A stretch of DNA of 64,000 nucleotides, taken from Lama guanicoe (taxonomy: Eukaryota). This document shows positions 1-12,855 of the stretch, in pieces. A model generated the notes under the pieces. It was not told where the DNA came from, ran no database searches, and saw only the letters and a list, made by a program, of their open reading frames with translations. Each line of letters opens with the position of its first letter. Positions within the stretch are counted from its first letter, which is position 1. The DNA lies in contig MU053934.1 of NCBI GenBank assembly GCA_013239625.1, positions 713,285-777,284 on the forward strand. The letters run 5' to 3'. The position numbers and the translations under genes are program-made.

Positions 1-374
1 CCACATGTACCTGGCATTTAGTAAACACCAGACAAGTGTTTGATGTGATCGTTTTGATGGCTTTCACTTTGTTGGTTTTGGACTGATTCCTTTGTTTATT
101 CATTCAAATGTTCATTAAGCATCTTCCATGTGCCAAGGTCTGTGCTCCTAGGCATTAACAGTACGGGGGATAAGAAGTTAGGAGGTCCTTGTTATCAAGC
201 TCATGGGAGTTCCAATAGAAAACCCCACTCATTTTCTCCTTTATTTGGTAGAGTGTTCACAGCTCCAGGCTTGTGACTGGTCTAGAGGACCCACAGGGCT
301 GGTGCTGTGCCCATTTTCTGAACAGTACTTTCTTCATTGTACACATACAATAGTACCTTCCATTCATTGTTTGT

Positions 375-560
375 TTACCGCATGCCATGCCATGAACCAT
401 GCTGAGTGTTTTCCACACATCATATTTGAGATTTACCTTTGCCCTTTAGGGTTAATATTGTGATTTCCATTCTACAAATGAAGAAAACAAGTTTCTGAAA
501 GGTCAAGTCACTTGGCTGTCATTTGCTACTAACTGTGACCCCAAAGCAGATGCCTTTAAT
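375..560 (-). mobile_element. MIR SINE fragment
   Basis: Degenerate MIR core in antisense: tttccattctacaaatgaagaaaacaag...aaggtcaagtcacttgg. Confidence 0.6.
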
Positions 561-1304
561 GACCACATAATTTTCCCTAAGTTCCAGTTTATATCTAGTG
601 GAACCAGCCTTTGCATCAGCCTCTCCAGCAGTAGCTTCTAGTGGACTTGCTGTTGGATTTTGCATGGAACTAGGCTTGGAGAGGAGGATGTGAAGGTTGA
701 GGAAATGTCTGAGTCAGAAGCAAGCATTCATCAAATGACTCATGAGTTTGCTGCCACAGAAATGGAGTTAAAATTCTCCACGCACAGAATCAAATCTTGA
801 TAAATTACAGTCCTACATCTTTCAAACCCTTCCCATCCCCTAACTCCAAAGTAATGAACCATTCAGAGAAAACTCAGGATTCTTCAAGGTAGAGGGCAGA
901 GCATTCCTTTTGGTAGGAGGTATGTACCAGAGCTTTTTGAAGAGGGATGGCCCTTTAAAGCCATCTCTGATTGAATTTGCCCCACATTGGGAGATAAATA
1001 TCATTTCTTATGTTGACGACAAACCCTAGCCGAGCTGGTGTTCCTAGCCACACAGTCTCCCTGTGCTTTGGAAGACTGCCACATGCCTCTCTAGCTTCAC
1101 GAACACACAGCGTTAATGCCACAGCCTAAATGGGTTTTTTAAAAAGAGGAAATGGATCTTTGGTGGTCTGCTGAATTTCAGTTTGGAGAAGGTGATGAGG
1201 GAGCGCTTCTGTTTGCTGCTCTGCCTCAGTGCATTTGGTGCAGGTGTTTAACTTCTGTGGGGTCTTTCACACCCTAAGCAATATATGCTGTTTTGGGTAT
1301 CATT

Positions 1305-1318
1305 GTTGCCATGGAAAT
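1305..1318. promoter_or_regulatory. Near-perfect RFX X-box in a repeat-free block
   Basis: GTTGCCATGGAAAT, one mismatch to GTTGCCATGGAAAC. AP-1 heptamer TGACTCA at 1362-1368. Confidence 0.35.
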
Positions 1319-3414
1319 TGTTTGAAAACCGTAAGGTAACACACAAACAAAAACAGAACTTTGACTCACATGGTTGATTCCACATTCTTTTCCTTTGGAC
1401 TTTTTTTTAATATATTAATTATTGCGTCCATCTGGCATTGTCTTTTTGCATTTATATCAATTCGGAGAGCAGTACCCCTGATTCTCTGCACTTCTTAACC
1501 TGGTCTGAGCCCCTGTGAAGATTGTGTCTTAGTAGGAATTACCTTTTATCATCTCTCTTCTGTACTTGATCCATTCATACCAAGGTTAATTCTTTCTGTC
1601 TGTCTATCATTCTTGTGGATTTAGAAAGAGGTCTGGCATGAGCTGGAAATAAAACTTAAGGTTTAAGCTTTATGGTAGGACTTGATTAAAATTATGTTTA
1701 TAGTGGACTTTGAGGTGATATGACAGGTCAGGAAGCAGAAATTATGGTTCAAACTTCATTTGAAGTTAAAAAAAAAGGTTGAAGATTGGGTCTGGCCATT
1801 TATGGAGACTGAATGTTGTTTTTATGAATCAAATTTGAAAATGTAAACATGATGTCTATAAAACTGTTATGATGTAACGGAAGAGCAAAGTCTTTCTAGC
1901 TCTGGGAGCAGGTGAGCCGGTTGAAGTGAGAGAGCTGGGAAGAACTGAAGTGTAATCCAATGACTATTTCCTGTTTTATCACCTCTAAAAGAGATACGTT
2001 TGTTTATTCTCTCAGATATCTTCTGACAAATAACAGATTTATGTAGTGAGGATGTGTTACCAGCCCAGGGCTCTACAGCAGGTAGTTGGCAGGGCTGAGT
2101 TTGAAACCAGGCAATCTGGTAACTGAAATAAGGTGTTGAGATTAGGAGGAAATTATCCTAATTAGATAGCACTCCTAGGTTAATGGTAGACATTCGTGTT
2201 ACTGTAAGTTTGTTTAACAAGGCACACTTTCTGATGTTCCAGATAAGATCATGGAGACACTTACCTCCAAATAGAAAATGTTAGAATCTGATAGATGCTC
2301 CCAGAGCATCTAACTCAATTACTTTGTTTCATACATTAAAAAAGAGTAAAGGAAGAGAGAAGTGATCTAGAGAAGAACCCCCTCTCCCCTGCCCCTATTA
2401 ATAAATTGCAGAAATAGAGATTTCCCATCTCCTGGTGTAATGGACCTTTCTCTACTCACAATGCAACCTGTCAGGTTTTCATAGGCCAACACAGGAAATT
2501 ATTTAAATGTAATTCTGTAGCTCAAAGTGTTTTAGAATATGAATGCTACAAATGTCCTTGGATATGAAGGGGTCACATACTTGAGAAAATATTGAGGACA
2601 GTGCTTCTTTATGGAATATGAAGGAAAAATAAGTAATATTTTGTCTAAAACAGAGATGAACTACATTATATACAAACCTACCATCCATCTATCCATCCTC
2701 TGAATTCCTTTCTTCCCCTCCTCTTCAACACCCAACCAGTTGTCAAGTTCTACGTTGTAGTTTTCGCCTCTTGCAGATCTTTTGCATCTACCGTCTTAGC
2801 TCCATCACCGCTGCCTCCACCCACAGCCGCCAACCCTGCCTCATTTCAGAGCAACCTCTCCCTTCCCTGGATCATCTACTGTGTCCTCTCTCCCTGACTA
2901 TCCTGCAAGTGTGATGGTGTGGGGCTCTCGCTTAAAGTCCTTCTAGCCTGCACCATAGATTCCAAGATAAAGCTGCTTTCCTCCTTGTAGCACAATAGAC
3001 TCTTCACTCAACTTCTTTATTCCCTCTCACTGTCCCTGCCTCCCACCCCACCTCTTCCTATGAATTAGAATGTGTCTGATACACCCGTGCCATCAACAAA
3101 TGTTGACTGACTGTGTGAGTGCACAGCCACATCAATCCACTTGCCCTTCCCCCAAACATGTCAGTTTCTCTTGGTTTTCTCATTATGCTCACTCACCCAT
3201 CCCTCAGAGTATGCGGTTCCCAGTGCCGGAAGTTCCAATCCCCAATAAATTCTTTCTTCTCTTTTAATTCCCAGGTCAAACATGACCTCCTGTGACTCCT
3301 CTGTCTTCTCTCTGCTTTAATCCACACTAGATTAGATCCCTCCTCTGGTTTTCCAAACACCAACTGTCCACAGGCAGCAACCCTTCCCTGCCCCACAGAA
3401 CTGGCCCATATGGT

Positions 3415-3545
3415 CCAGCCTCCTCATTTTACAGATGAGGAAGCTGAGGCTCAGAGCAGGGAAAGGACTAGCCCATAAACACATACTTGATGAGCTGCAG
3501 ACTCGACTTAAATCCAAGTCTCCCAGAGTCCAGTATATTTCACCA
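3415..3545 (-). mobile_element. MIR SINE fragment
   Basis: Core cattttacagatgaggaagctgaggctcagag. Confidence 0.75.
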
Positions 3546-3614
3546 ATGCACAGGACATCTCCATAATCATGCTGGCCTTTTTAGCAGTTAGAAAAATTCT
3601 TCTCCCACGTGGTT

Positions 3615-3760
3615 ATTGTGTGACTTTGGGAAAGATGCTCAATCTCTCTGAGCCTCGCTTTCCTTAGTGGAAATTGCACACAATGATGTGGTTTATACGA
3701 AGGTTTGTTGTGAGAAGTAATTGATGGAATTTGTGCAAGGTGTTGAATACCGTTGACACG
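3615..3760 (+). mobile_element. MIR SINE fragment
   Basis: tgtgtgactttgggaaagatgctcaatctctctgagcctc...gttgtgagaagtaa. Confidence 0.65.
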
Positions 3761-4366
3761 TATGTGAGTCGGCCATATTGCGCAGCTCCAGGGGTCTCAT
3801 TCTCCTTATACTCTCAGACGATTGTTCTCTTCAGTAAATATCACTTCTTATCATTGTTTTCATTTTCATTTTAAGAGATGCTCTGACTCCCATTTTGCCT
3901 TCTTGACTAGGTTTTTTGCTCCCTGTGGCTTTTTGTTTCCCATATGAAGATAGGGAGCCTCATGAGTTGGCTTTACAGAGCTACTTAAGACTTTCCGCCC
4001 CTGAGTTCTGAGCAGCACCCTGGTGAGAACACCAGTCAAGCCCAGTGTGTCCACCCTCGGGTCACTCAGCAAAACTGATTTGGACTTTCTAACCCGTACG
4101 TATTCCCGGTATATCTGCAGATTGGGAAAGTAAGTGGAAATTCAACAACCCTGAACTAATGAAAGAAATACAGTGTCAGATGACTTTCAAATATAAAGGG
4201 CAAATGCCATTTTGGAGAAAGGTCTCTTTGTGAGGTTGTTCTTTCATTCAGAACAGCATGCGCATCCAGTCATCTGGAAAGTCAACAGAGAAGTATTTGG
4301 GTATGAGGGTGGCTGTTCTGAGAATGTGGGGTTTATTAAGCATTTGTGCCTTTGAATTAGACAGTA

Positions 4367-4598
4367 GATAGATTGGGAGTTTGGGTTTCACAGATACACC
4401 CTACTGTATGTAAAATAAACAACGAGGAACTACTGTATAGCACAGGGAACTACATTCAATTTCTTGTAATGGGCCATAATGAAAAGGAAACTGAATACAT
4501 GTCTGTATATGCATAACGGAATCACTTTGCTGTACACCTGAAACTAACATTGTAAATTGATGACAGTTCAATAAAAATTAAGAATTAAAAAAAGAAAA
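4367..4598 (+). mobile_element. 5'-truncated cetartiodactyl-type L1 3' end
   Basis: ctactgtatagcacagggaactacattcaa...ctgtacacctgaaactaac, AATAAA and A-rich tail. TSD GAATTAGACAGTA (4354-4366) / GAGTTAGACAATA (4599-4611). Confidence 0.9.
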
Positions 4599-5599
4599 GA
4601 GTTAGACAATATTACAGCCTAGTATCCAAAATGAGATTTGGATTGGAATGGGGGGTTGTGATGATTAGCTGTAAAAATTGGAAAGCACATGATCTCAGGC
4701 TGAACGTGGATTCAACCCCAATTCCCCACTTTCTGCTTGCATCATGTTGACCAAGTCAGTTTCCCCAAGCCTCAGGTCTCCATCTCGAAAGTGGTGGTAT
4801 TAACAATACCTGTGTCAGAGGACTGTTCATTCACTTATAGGAAGCTTTACTGAGTGCCTATTATGTGCCTATCCTAGGCATTTGGGTGACATCATTGAAC
4901 AAAACAATAAAGAAGGATCAAATGAGAACATGTAAGAGAAAGACTTCACTCAAAACACTTCCTTCAGGGCCTTGCAGGCTGTAAAGTGCCCATCAAGTGA
5001 CAGAGCTTTGGAATGCATTTTCTTATTCGCTGAACAGAACCATGATGTGTACTCTGTTTGTTTTGAAGGCTATTCCTTGCAGAATCTTTGTAACTTTGAT
5101 ACTTGCCTCATCCATTGAACTAGGATATGGGAGGAGGGGGAGGGGGCAGCCAGGCACTAACATGCTGAGCTGAGGGTCACACGATATCAAAAGCTTTCAA
5201 GGGGATGACAGGATGTCTCTTGAGTCACACTCATCTGAATGAAAGATGAAGTTCCGTATGGCAGGCTTATTTCTTCCATCTCTCACTATTGCGTTTTCCA
5301 TACTCTTTTTACAGAATATGCTGGGGGAGGGCTGACATGGGACCAGAAACAGTGTGCAAAAAGGGGTTTTTCTCATTCTTTTTTAAATCAGCCTTGTTCG
5401 CAGTGTCCACTGTCTTGAACATAGGACGAGAATGTACATGCTACAATTTGTCTATTTCCGTAATACCTTGATGAAGGCAATTTCTCCAGGTCCCTAAGGC
5501 CAGTGCTCCTGAGAAGGAAATCCTGGTTCCAGAGACAGAGGGCATTCAACATACCAAACACACATCTTGGAATTATATTGCAAGAGGATGGAGGGGGAG

Positions 5600-6580
5600 C
5601 TCCGAGTGAGCATGTTCCATGTACCAGCCAATGTGCTAGAGGCTGGGGGTAGGAGGGTGATGAGACAGACCAGGTCTCTGCCCTCAGGACCCCATAGTCA
5701 GGTGCAGGCAGACTTGGAGAGGAAACCACTTTAGGGGGGAGTCAGGAAAGACTTTTTCTTCTGAGACCCAAGGACCGAAAGGAAGCAACATGAAGAACAA
5801 AGGAAGGAGTGATCAGAAGAAAAGACGGCATTTGCAGAGAGCTGGCGGTGAGGAAGGACTGTTGATGACTGGCATTTTCTAGGAGAAGAAGCTGCGGTGG
5901 ATGGAGCAGGGGAGCATGAGTGGTAACAAGACCTGTTGTCCAAGAGGCAGGTGGGCTGCAGGGAGGGGTTTGAATTTTAGTCCGAGTCAAAGGGAAAGCT
6001 CTGGAAGACTGTAAAAAGTTGTTTAAACTTTGAAATAATTTTAGAGTTAGAGTTGCAAAGATAACACAGAGAGCTCCCTGACACCATCTACTCAGCTTCT
6101 GCTAATGTTGACATCTTCCGTTAACCATGGTGCATTTATCAGAACCTACAATGAACGCTGGTGCAATACTAGGAACTCAACCTCAGATCATTGGAAGATT
6201 CTAAGCAGGCGGATGACTTAGTTCAAGAATTTAAGATGACTTATGTTGAAGAAGATGGTCTGGGTGGGAACGAGTCAGAGTGGAGTAAGACTGGAAACGG
6301 AGGCCAGTTAGAAAACCATGGCAGGGAGCTGAATGAGAGGAGGGGGCTGAGGCTGCCGTGAGGATGCAGAAAACGATAGCGTTTGGGACTCAGGGTTGCA
6401 TGGGGAACAAGTTGAGGGTGAAGGAAAGGAGAACAAAAATGCCTCCTAAGCGCGGCCCGAGCAGTAGGATGGATGCCCGGGACACTGACTGAGATGGGGA
6501 AGGAGAGTGAAGGGTGGGAGACCAACCGTCAGGAAAAATTAGGGCTTCAGTTTCGAATGTTTTAAGCATGAGATGCCTGG
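5600..6580 (-). mobile_element. L2 LINE fragment, interrupted by an old L1
   Basis: Typical antisense L2 motifs: gtgctagaggctgggg, gagacagaccaggtctctgccctcagg, tttgaattttag...ctggaag, ggaggccagttagaaa, ttcagtttcgaatgttttaagcatgagatgcc. Confidence 0.7.
6015..6190 (-). mobile_element. Old L1 (L1MC/MD-like) 3' end inserted in L2
   Basis: tttgaaataattttagag...gttgcaaagataacacagagag. TSD-like TGGAAGACTGTAA (6002-6014) / TGGAAGATTCTAA (6192-6204). Confidence 0.75.
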
Positions 6581-7689
6581 AATTTTGCAGCATTCTCTAT
6601 AAACAGAATTTATCATTATTACCGTTGGAAGGGAGCCTTGGTCAGGGGTATGTTTGGATTGAACATTCCTTTCCAACTCTTACATTTACCCTTTTCACTA
6701 GGAGGAAGCAATAGTATTAAATAATATTGAAATATTAGGCCTTAGACTGGAGTCCCAAATTCAATTAATAGGATGCTTTTTGGCAATGGAAGAGGTACTT
6801 CAGTTGGCAAATATTTGAAGAGGTGAACTCCCTGGGTTGTGCGTTGAAAAAGGAAATCGAACAATGGTGCACAAGTCACAGTCCTGGAGGCAAGCCCCCA
6901 GCTGGACTCTGAACCCAGGGCTCAGTTTCTGGTTGGCTGGATGCTGCTGGACGGGTCCCCTTACCTGTAAAGTGGAGACAGTAAGACCCCACTGAGGGCT
7001 ACCGTACAGATAACAGGATTCGGTGTTTATAAAGTGCTGGGTGTAGTGTTTGGCATATAAATGTTGGTTCCTTTCCTCGCTTTCAAGGCTGATTTCTTCA
7101 GAGAAGAAAGCAATCTCTTGCACTTAAAAACACTTCATAGTTTTCAAAGTCCTTACATGCACTGTTTTGGAGCCCAGGCTAATTTTTTCAGAAATCAAAA
7201 TAAAATGAAAGTAGTATTATTTATTTTTCTTTTCCAAGTAAGAAAACTTCCGAACACAGCTAATTGAATGATCTGAATTGACTTCATTTAGTACAGAGTT
7301 AAGGGCTCTCAGCATGGGCGGATACCCTTGACCATCACGTTAACCTGCACACTCTCAGAATCGAATGATTCCAACACTCCACCACCTGGGCCACTGAATG
7401 CCCTCTCTGACCTTTTGCAAGTGAACCATTCCCTGTTTACTTCTTCATCAATTAGTGACTTCTCACCCACGGTGGGCAGAACTTTGTGCAGGGAGTGTTG
7501 CATGCTCCCCACTCAGTCCTCACTCTGTGGCAAGCCAGTGTGGAGTTGCCGTCACCACCCCAGGGGTTGGATGATACTTTTACCCTCTGCTGGGTCCCCT
7601 CTGCCCCTCCATCCTCTCCACCTTTCTTCCTGGATAGTCAAAGATCAAAGCTATACAGGTTGGTCTTGCCACTCATCACACCTTGTCTT

Positions 7690-7920
7690 TTTTTTTTTTT
7701 AATTGAAATATAGTCAGTTTACAATGTGTTAATTTCAGGTGTACAGCATGTGATTCAGTTAGACATATATATTCCTTTTCATAGTCTTTTTCATTATAGA
7801 CTATTACAAGGTATTGAATAGTTTCCTGTGCTGTACAGTAGGACCTTGTTGTTTATCTATTTTATATACAGTAGTTAGTATCTGCAAATCCTGAACTCCC
7901 AATTTATCCCTCCACCCGCC
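7690..7920 (-). mobile_element. 5'-truncated cetartiodactyl-type L1 3' end
   Basis: Poly-T followed by aattgaaatatagtcagtttacaatg...gtaggaccttgttgtttatctat...aactcccaatttatccctcc. Possible TSD CCTTGTCTT / CCTTGCCTT. Confidence 0.9.
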
Positions 7921-8252
7921 TCCTTGCCTTAGCTGATGCCTGCTAACCTCTCCTTGTTTCCAGAAACACATTTCCAGTCTTTCCTTACTCTCCAGCACTC
8001 AATATTTCTTTTAATTTGACTACGAATTAGAGGCCATTCTACCAGAGTTTCCTCAACTGTCTGGTTTCCCGTTATTTATTCATTGACTTATTATCCACTC
8101 AATCATTCATTCCATCATTCACTTACTCCCAAATAATCATTCAGTTATCCTCTAACTTGCAACCCTTCCTTCATCCCATCTCTCCCCCTCATTCTCTTCC
8201 TCGAGAAGGCGGCAGGCAGATGGTTTGTGGCTGGTACTCCTGGGTTGGGTAC

Positions 8253-8624
8253 TGTTATGGGCTGAATGTTTGTGTCTCCCCCAAATTTGTATGTTGAAAC
8301 CCTACCCCCAATGGAATGGTATTAGGAGAGGAGGTAATTAGGATTAGATGAGGTTGAGGTCATGAGGGTGGGGCCCTCAGGAGTGGGATTGGTGCCCTTA
8401 TAAGAGTCACGACAGAGTTTGTTTCTTCTCTGCTCTCTGCTGTGTGAGGACACAGGAGGGGTTGGCAGTCTGCAACCCAGAAGAGGGCTCTCCCCAGAAC
8501 CAAACCGTGCTGGTGCCCTGATCTTGGACTCTCAGCTCTCAGAACTGTGAGAAGTACATTTCTGTGGTTTGCTAACCACCCAGATGACAATATTTTGTTG
8601 TAGCAGCACAAGCTGATTAAGGCA
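8253..8624 (+). mobile_element. MaLR solo LTR (MLT1A/B-like)
   Basis: TG...CA termini; tgttatgggctgaatgtttgtgtc start, ccagaac...ctgatcttggact...agaactgtgaga internal motif. Confidence 0.9.
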
Positions 8625-8859
8625 GATTCATGGCAGCAAATCCCCAAGGGCTGAGGTTTCCTCCTTAGCTGCTGCACCCCCTTTTCCCCCAACCCCACAA
8701 GTACAATCATTATGTAGAGTCGAGTTGATTAGGCTCCAATAATGGGGTCTCAGAAATCATCTTGTGGGTCCTGTCCCATCCCACAGATGAGGGAACAGAG
8801 GCCAACCCAGAAAGATAAGCTGGTGGCAGTGGGACACAGTGAAAGGTACCTAACCTAAT

Positions 8860-9080
8860 TCATGGAGTCAGGCAGACAGTTGTTAAATACTTACCCTTCC
8901 AACCTCTGGATGTACATCCCTGGGCAAGTGACATCTCCCCTCTGAGCCTCTTTTCTCATTTAGAAGTGGGATCATAGTACCTACCTTGAAGAGTTTTTGT
9001 GAAGATTCAAAAGAGTATGTACCAAGAGCCTTGCTCATTCCTTTACAAATAATAGTTGCTCAATAAACGGTGACTACTAT
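8860..9080 (+). mobile_element. MIR SINE
   Basis: ggagtcaggcagac...tgggcaagtgacatctcccctctgagcctc...gtgaagattcaa...ctcaataaa. Confidence 0.7.
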
Positions 9081-10041
9081 TAGATGAGAGCCAAACCCAG
9101 GAACCCAAACTCTTACTCCAGCACTTTACCATTACCCTGAGCTGACCATGCTCACTCTGTAAAGTCTAGCTCTAAAGCTTTCTTTTCTGCAAAGCCTTCT
9201 TGTACCTCCCTCTCTGAGTTAATCTGACCTTTCTCTGTGGCTTATAGAGTTTTCCTTTAGACACTTTTGGGGCAGTCATTTCCTTCTGCCTTGTAGCGTA
9301 ATTACCTGTGTATCTCTGTCTCCTCTCTCAGGTTGCATAGCTTGAGGGCAGAGCAGTGTCTACTGAGTTCATATCTCTTTACTGCAGTAATCTTCAAGCT
9401 CTAAAGAGGATTAAATATTATCAGGAAGGCTTGTCAAAAATACAAATGCCTCAGTCCAACTCCAAAGTTCTGATTCAATAGGACTGTCCATGAATATGGA
9501 TTTTTAGCAAGTAATCTGTGTGATTCTAATGCAGGTGGATCACAGCACTCTGGGGACTGCAGCTTACCCACCTATTTGAGTGGCTTGCACACAGTAGGTG
9601 CTCAAGAAATCTTCATTTAGTGAATTGTAAGAAGATGCACTGTATCCATTTTCTATTGCTACGTAACCAACCATGACTAGACAGCAATGATATGTTATTT
9701 TCCACAATCCTGTGGGTTGGCAGTCCAGGCAGTTCTGCTGGGCTCACCTGGGTCCCTTGTGTGTCTACTACATTTAGCTAGAGGGTCAGCTGGGGTTAAG
9801 CCAACTGGCCAGCTGGGCTTCTCTCTCCATGGTGTCTTCCATCCTCATGGAGGCTAAACCAAGCTTCCTCACATGGTGGCAGCAGCATTCCAGAAGTATT
9901 AACCTCTTGAGGAAGCATTTATCAAGTCTCTGTCTGTGTTAACATTTGCTGACGTTTTATTGGCTAAAGCAAGTCACATGACCAGAGCCAATAGGGGAGG
10001 GGCATGCCAAAGTGTGCGTGCTGGGAGCCACGATTTCTTGG

Positions 10042-10111
10042 TAGGGTTTGCAAATAAAATATAGGACAACCAGTTGTATTTGAATTTCAGATAAGTAAAT
10101 TTTTTATAAAT

Positions 10112-10142
<31 letters not shown>

Positions 10143-10335
10143 GTATAAACATGTTCCAGGCAATATTTGGGAAATACTTATGCTAAAAATTATTCTTTGT
10201 TAATCTTTTTAGTATAAGTATGTCCTATGCAATATCTGGGGGCATACTTACACTAGAATGGTATTCTTTGTTTATCTGAAATTAACATTAACTGGTTACC
10301 CCCAATTTTTGTTTGCTAAATCTGGGATCTCCGTA
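10042..10335. mobile_element. MER53-like palindromic hAT MITE with duplicated core and internal (CA)n
   Basis: Arms tagggttt...ccagtt...ttgaatttcagataa and tttatctgaaatt...aactgg...tttgctaaatctgg; central tagtataagtatgtcc..gcaatat..gg.catactta motif present twice. Confidence 0.8.
10112..10136 (+). repeat. (CA)n microsatellite
   Basis: About 12 AC units read directly. Confidence 0.95.
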
Positions 10336-10659
10336 TTGGAAACCATGAATCTAATCGTCTATCACCAGCACTACTGTCTTTTTTAACCTTTGCTATAAAA
10401 TTGCTGCTTTGGGCTTCTCTGCCTCAGGTAGTTCCAGAAGTGGCTGTTTGTTTCTTTGCTGTCCCCCCGTACTAAGAGCTACTTGAGGTTTTCTGGATTT
10501 TCTGAGGAGCAGTTTCCACTTAGCTTGGTTCTCCTTGTGTGTGGTGTCTTCCTTCTTGAAAACCTTCTCTCCCGGATCAGGTTTGCTTCTGGAGTCACCC
10601 ATCTCCATTCTTCCTGAAGCAGTTCTGCCGCACTGGAGCCAAACTTTCCTCTGTAAACT

Positions 10660-11100
10660 GTCTCCTCATCTTTTTTGCATCATGAATTCCTTGGTGGTCG
10701 GGTGAGGTGTATGGACCCCTGCTCAGAGTAATGCACAAGGTAAAACACCAGAAAGTACTAAGGAATTATGCTGAAATTCAGTTATCAACACACTGAGGAG
10801 ACAAAACAAATAAACACTGTGATATAGTAATGTATGTACCTTTTCATTAACACATTAAATATTAAGATTTAGAGGCAGGTCACTTTCAAAGTAGTGGGTG
10901 AGTGTAAACAGTATTTTAAGACATCTTCAACTTGTAATGTGATAGAGAAAGCCCTTGATTCTCTTGATGACAGAGGCCAAGGCACTGAAAGAAATGCCAG
11001 ATATCAGACGTTAGTGAAAATAAAGATGAAACATTTTTTTGCCATCCGATTTGATAGGCCCCTGAATTCTATCCACAGCTCCCTAAGGGGTCCCTGCGTC
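10660..11100 (+). mobile_element. hAT-Charlie MITE (MER119/Charlie7-like)
   Basis: tatggacccctgctcagagtaatg...tgtgatatagtaat...gttagtgaaaataaagatg...cccctgaattctatcca. Confidence 0.65.
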
Positions 11101-11594
11101 TAAACAGTCTGAAATCAATCCTCTCTTTTCTCTGGTGCTCTTCTGCCTTTTATAGCAGGAGCACCCCATTTCACTTTGAAACTACAAGTGATCAACTACA
11201 ATTAAAAACCCTGCAAAACAATTATAAGCTGAAAACGTTAAATATTAAGCATTTTTTAAAATGTGATTATGGAGACATTAGCTAAAGGATGAAACGGAGT
11301 CTCATATCTTTTGTCCAGTTGCTCTCTGCGTACCCCTGGGTCTAGGGCTTTCCAGATGAAGCTCTCAAAATTAATTCAAACCATGATCTGTGAGGTTTTT
11401 TTAGCTTATAATTACTGTTTGAACCAAATTGTTCTGCCTGACATGGTTATTGAGTATCGTGTAGTTATTTACCCAACATCATTTCCTCAGTAAGTGCTTC
11501 CCTTTCTCCACAGAGATGACGCCACTGATCAAATGTCCTTCTAGAAGGGGTGGTTGATTCGGGCTTTTCTATCCTTACTTATTTAGGTGCTGGG

Positions 11595-12855
11595 CTTCTC
11601 TTGGCTTCAGGATAGCACCTTCTCCTGCCTTCTTTCCCACCTCACTAGCTTCCTCCTTCTCCTCTGCTGACTTGTCATCCTCCGTCTGATTGCAAAATGG
11701 TGATGTGCCCCTGGGCTCAGTCCTGCCTCCTCTTCTTGTGTGTGCTCTTTTCTTGAGTGATCTCATCCAGCCCAGGCTCTTACAAACCATGAATTTGGTG
11801 ATAATGCTGAAATGATCATCCCCATACCTGGCCTTCCTCTGATCCAGATTCCCGTATCCGTTATCTCTTTCACATGTCCAACTCAGCATCGTGTGGACGT
11901 CTCAAATGTGACATGGACAAAATGTTGACACTTATTCCTCAAGTCGGTCTTTCTTCTAGAACTCTCCATCTCGGTGATGTCGGCATAATCCACCCAGAAG
12001 CTCAAGCAAAACAATTGGAAGTCATTCTCTTTATTCCCCATAACCCCTTGCAATGGCAAGTCTTGTTGGCAAACTCTCCCCCTGTCCAGTCTGCCCACTA
12101 CTTAACCAACTCTACTGCCATTACTGTGCAGAGACCCCATCATTTCTCATATCGCCTCCTACCTAGACTGTGCCAATAGCCTCCTACTCAGTTCTCCTCC
12201 TTTGTGACTCCCATTTTTCTCCTCTTTATATAGCAGAGTAATCTTCTAAGTTAGGTTATACCATGCCCATGCTTACAGCCCTCTGATCCTGTCCAGTTGC
12301 TCTTAGAATACAATCCACTCCTTGGGTGGCCTCTACAGCTCTACATCATCAATTCCTGCAGACTTTGGGGGCCTCGGTGCCTTCCCACTGTCCACCTTGC
12401 TCACTGAGTTCCAGCCACACTGGCTGCCTCTCTGCCCTTCAGTGCCCCCAAACTTGCTCCCCACTCAGAGTCTTTGCACTTGTTCCCCCATCTTCCTGGA
12501 ACCTGACACTCTCATAATTTTGCCTCCTGATGCTTCTCACCATTCAGCACTCAAGCTCATGGGCTACTTCCTGGGGGCTGACTTCCATGGCCTTTGAGCA
12601 TCCTTCTCAGTCATTGGAATTGAGCAGATTGGCTCAGTCACTCAGCTGTCCATGGTCCTGTTTTGATTTCTTTGCCACACTTAACATCCACTAGAGTTTG
12701 TGTTCATTTATGGGCTCACTTCTCTATTCAGTGTCTCCTCTCAAGAGTGCAAGCTCAATGACAGCCCAGCTTTTGTCAAACATATTTACCCTTGAATCTC
12801 CAGCACCAAGAACCATGCTTGAGTCCTAATAACTGCCCAATAAATTTTTGTTGGC
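11595..12855 (+). mobile_element. L2 LINE 3' portion (decayed ORF2 plus 3' tail)
   Basis: cttggcttcaggat...gtgcccctgggctcagtcct...gtgatctcatccag...ctagactgtgccaatagcctcc...ccagccacactgg...caataaatttttgttg. Confidence 0.8.

Larger units (their letters stand above)
9641..10365 (-). mobile_element. Old MaLR LTR (MLT1H/I/J-like), interrupted by MER53
   Basis: tgtatccattttctattgct...gcttcctcacatggtggc...attggctaaagcaagtcacatgacc; resumes briefly after 10335. Confidence 0.7.
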
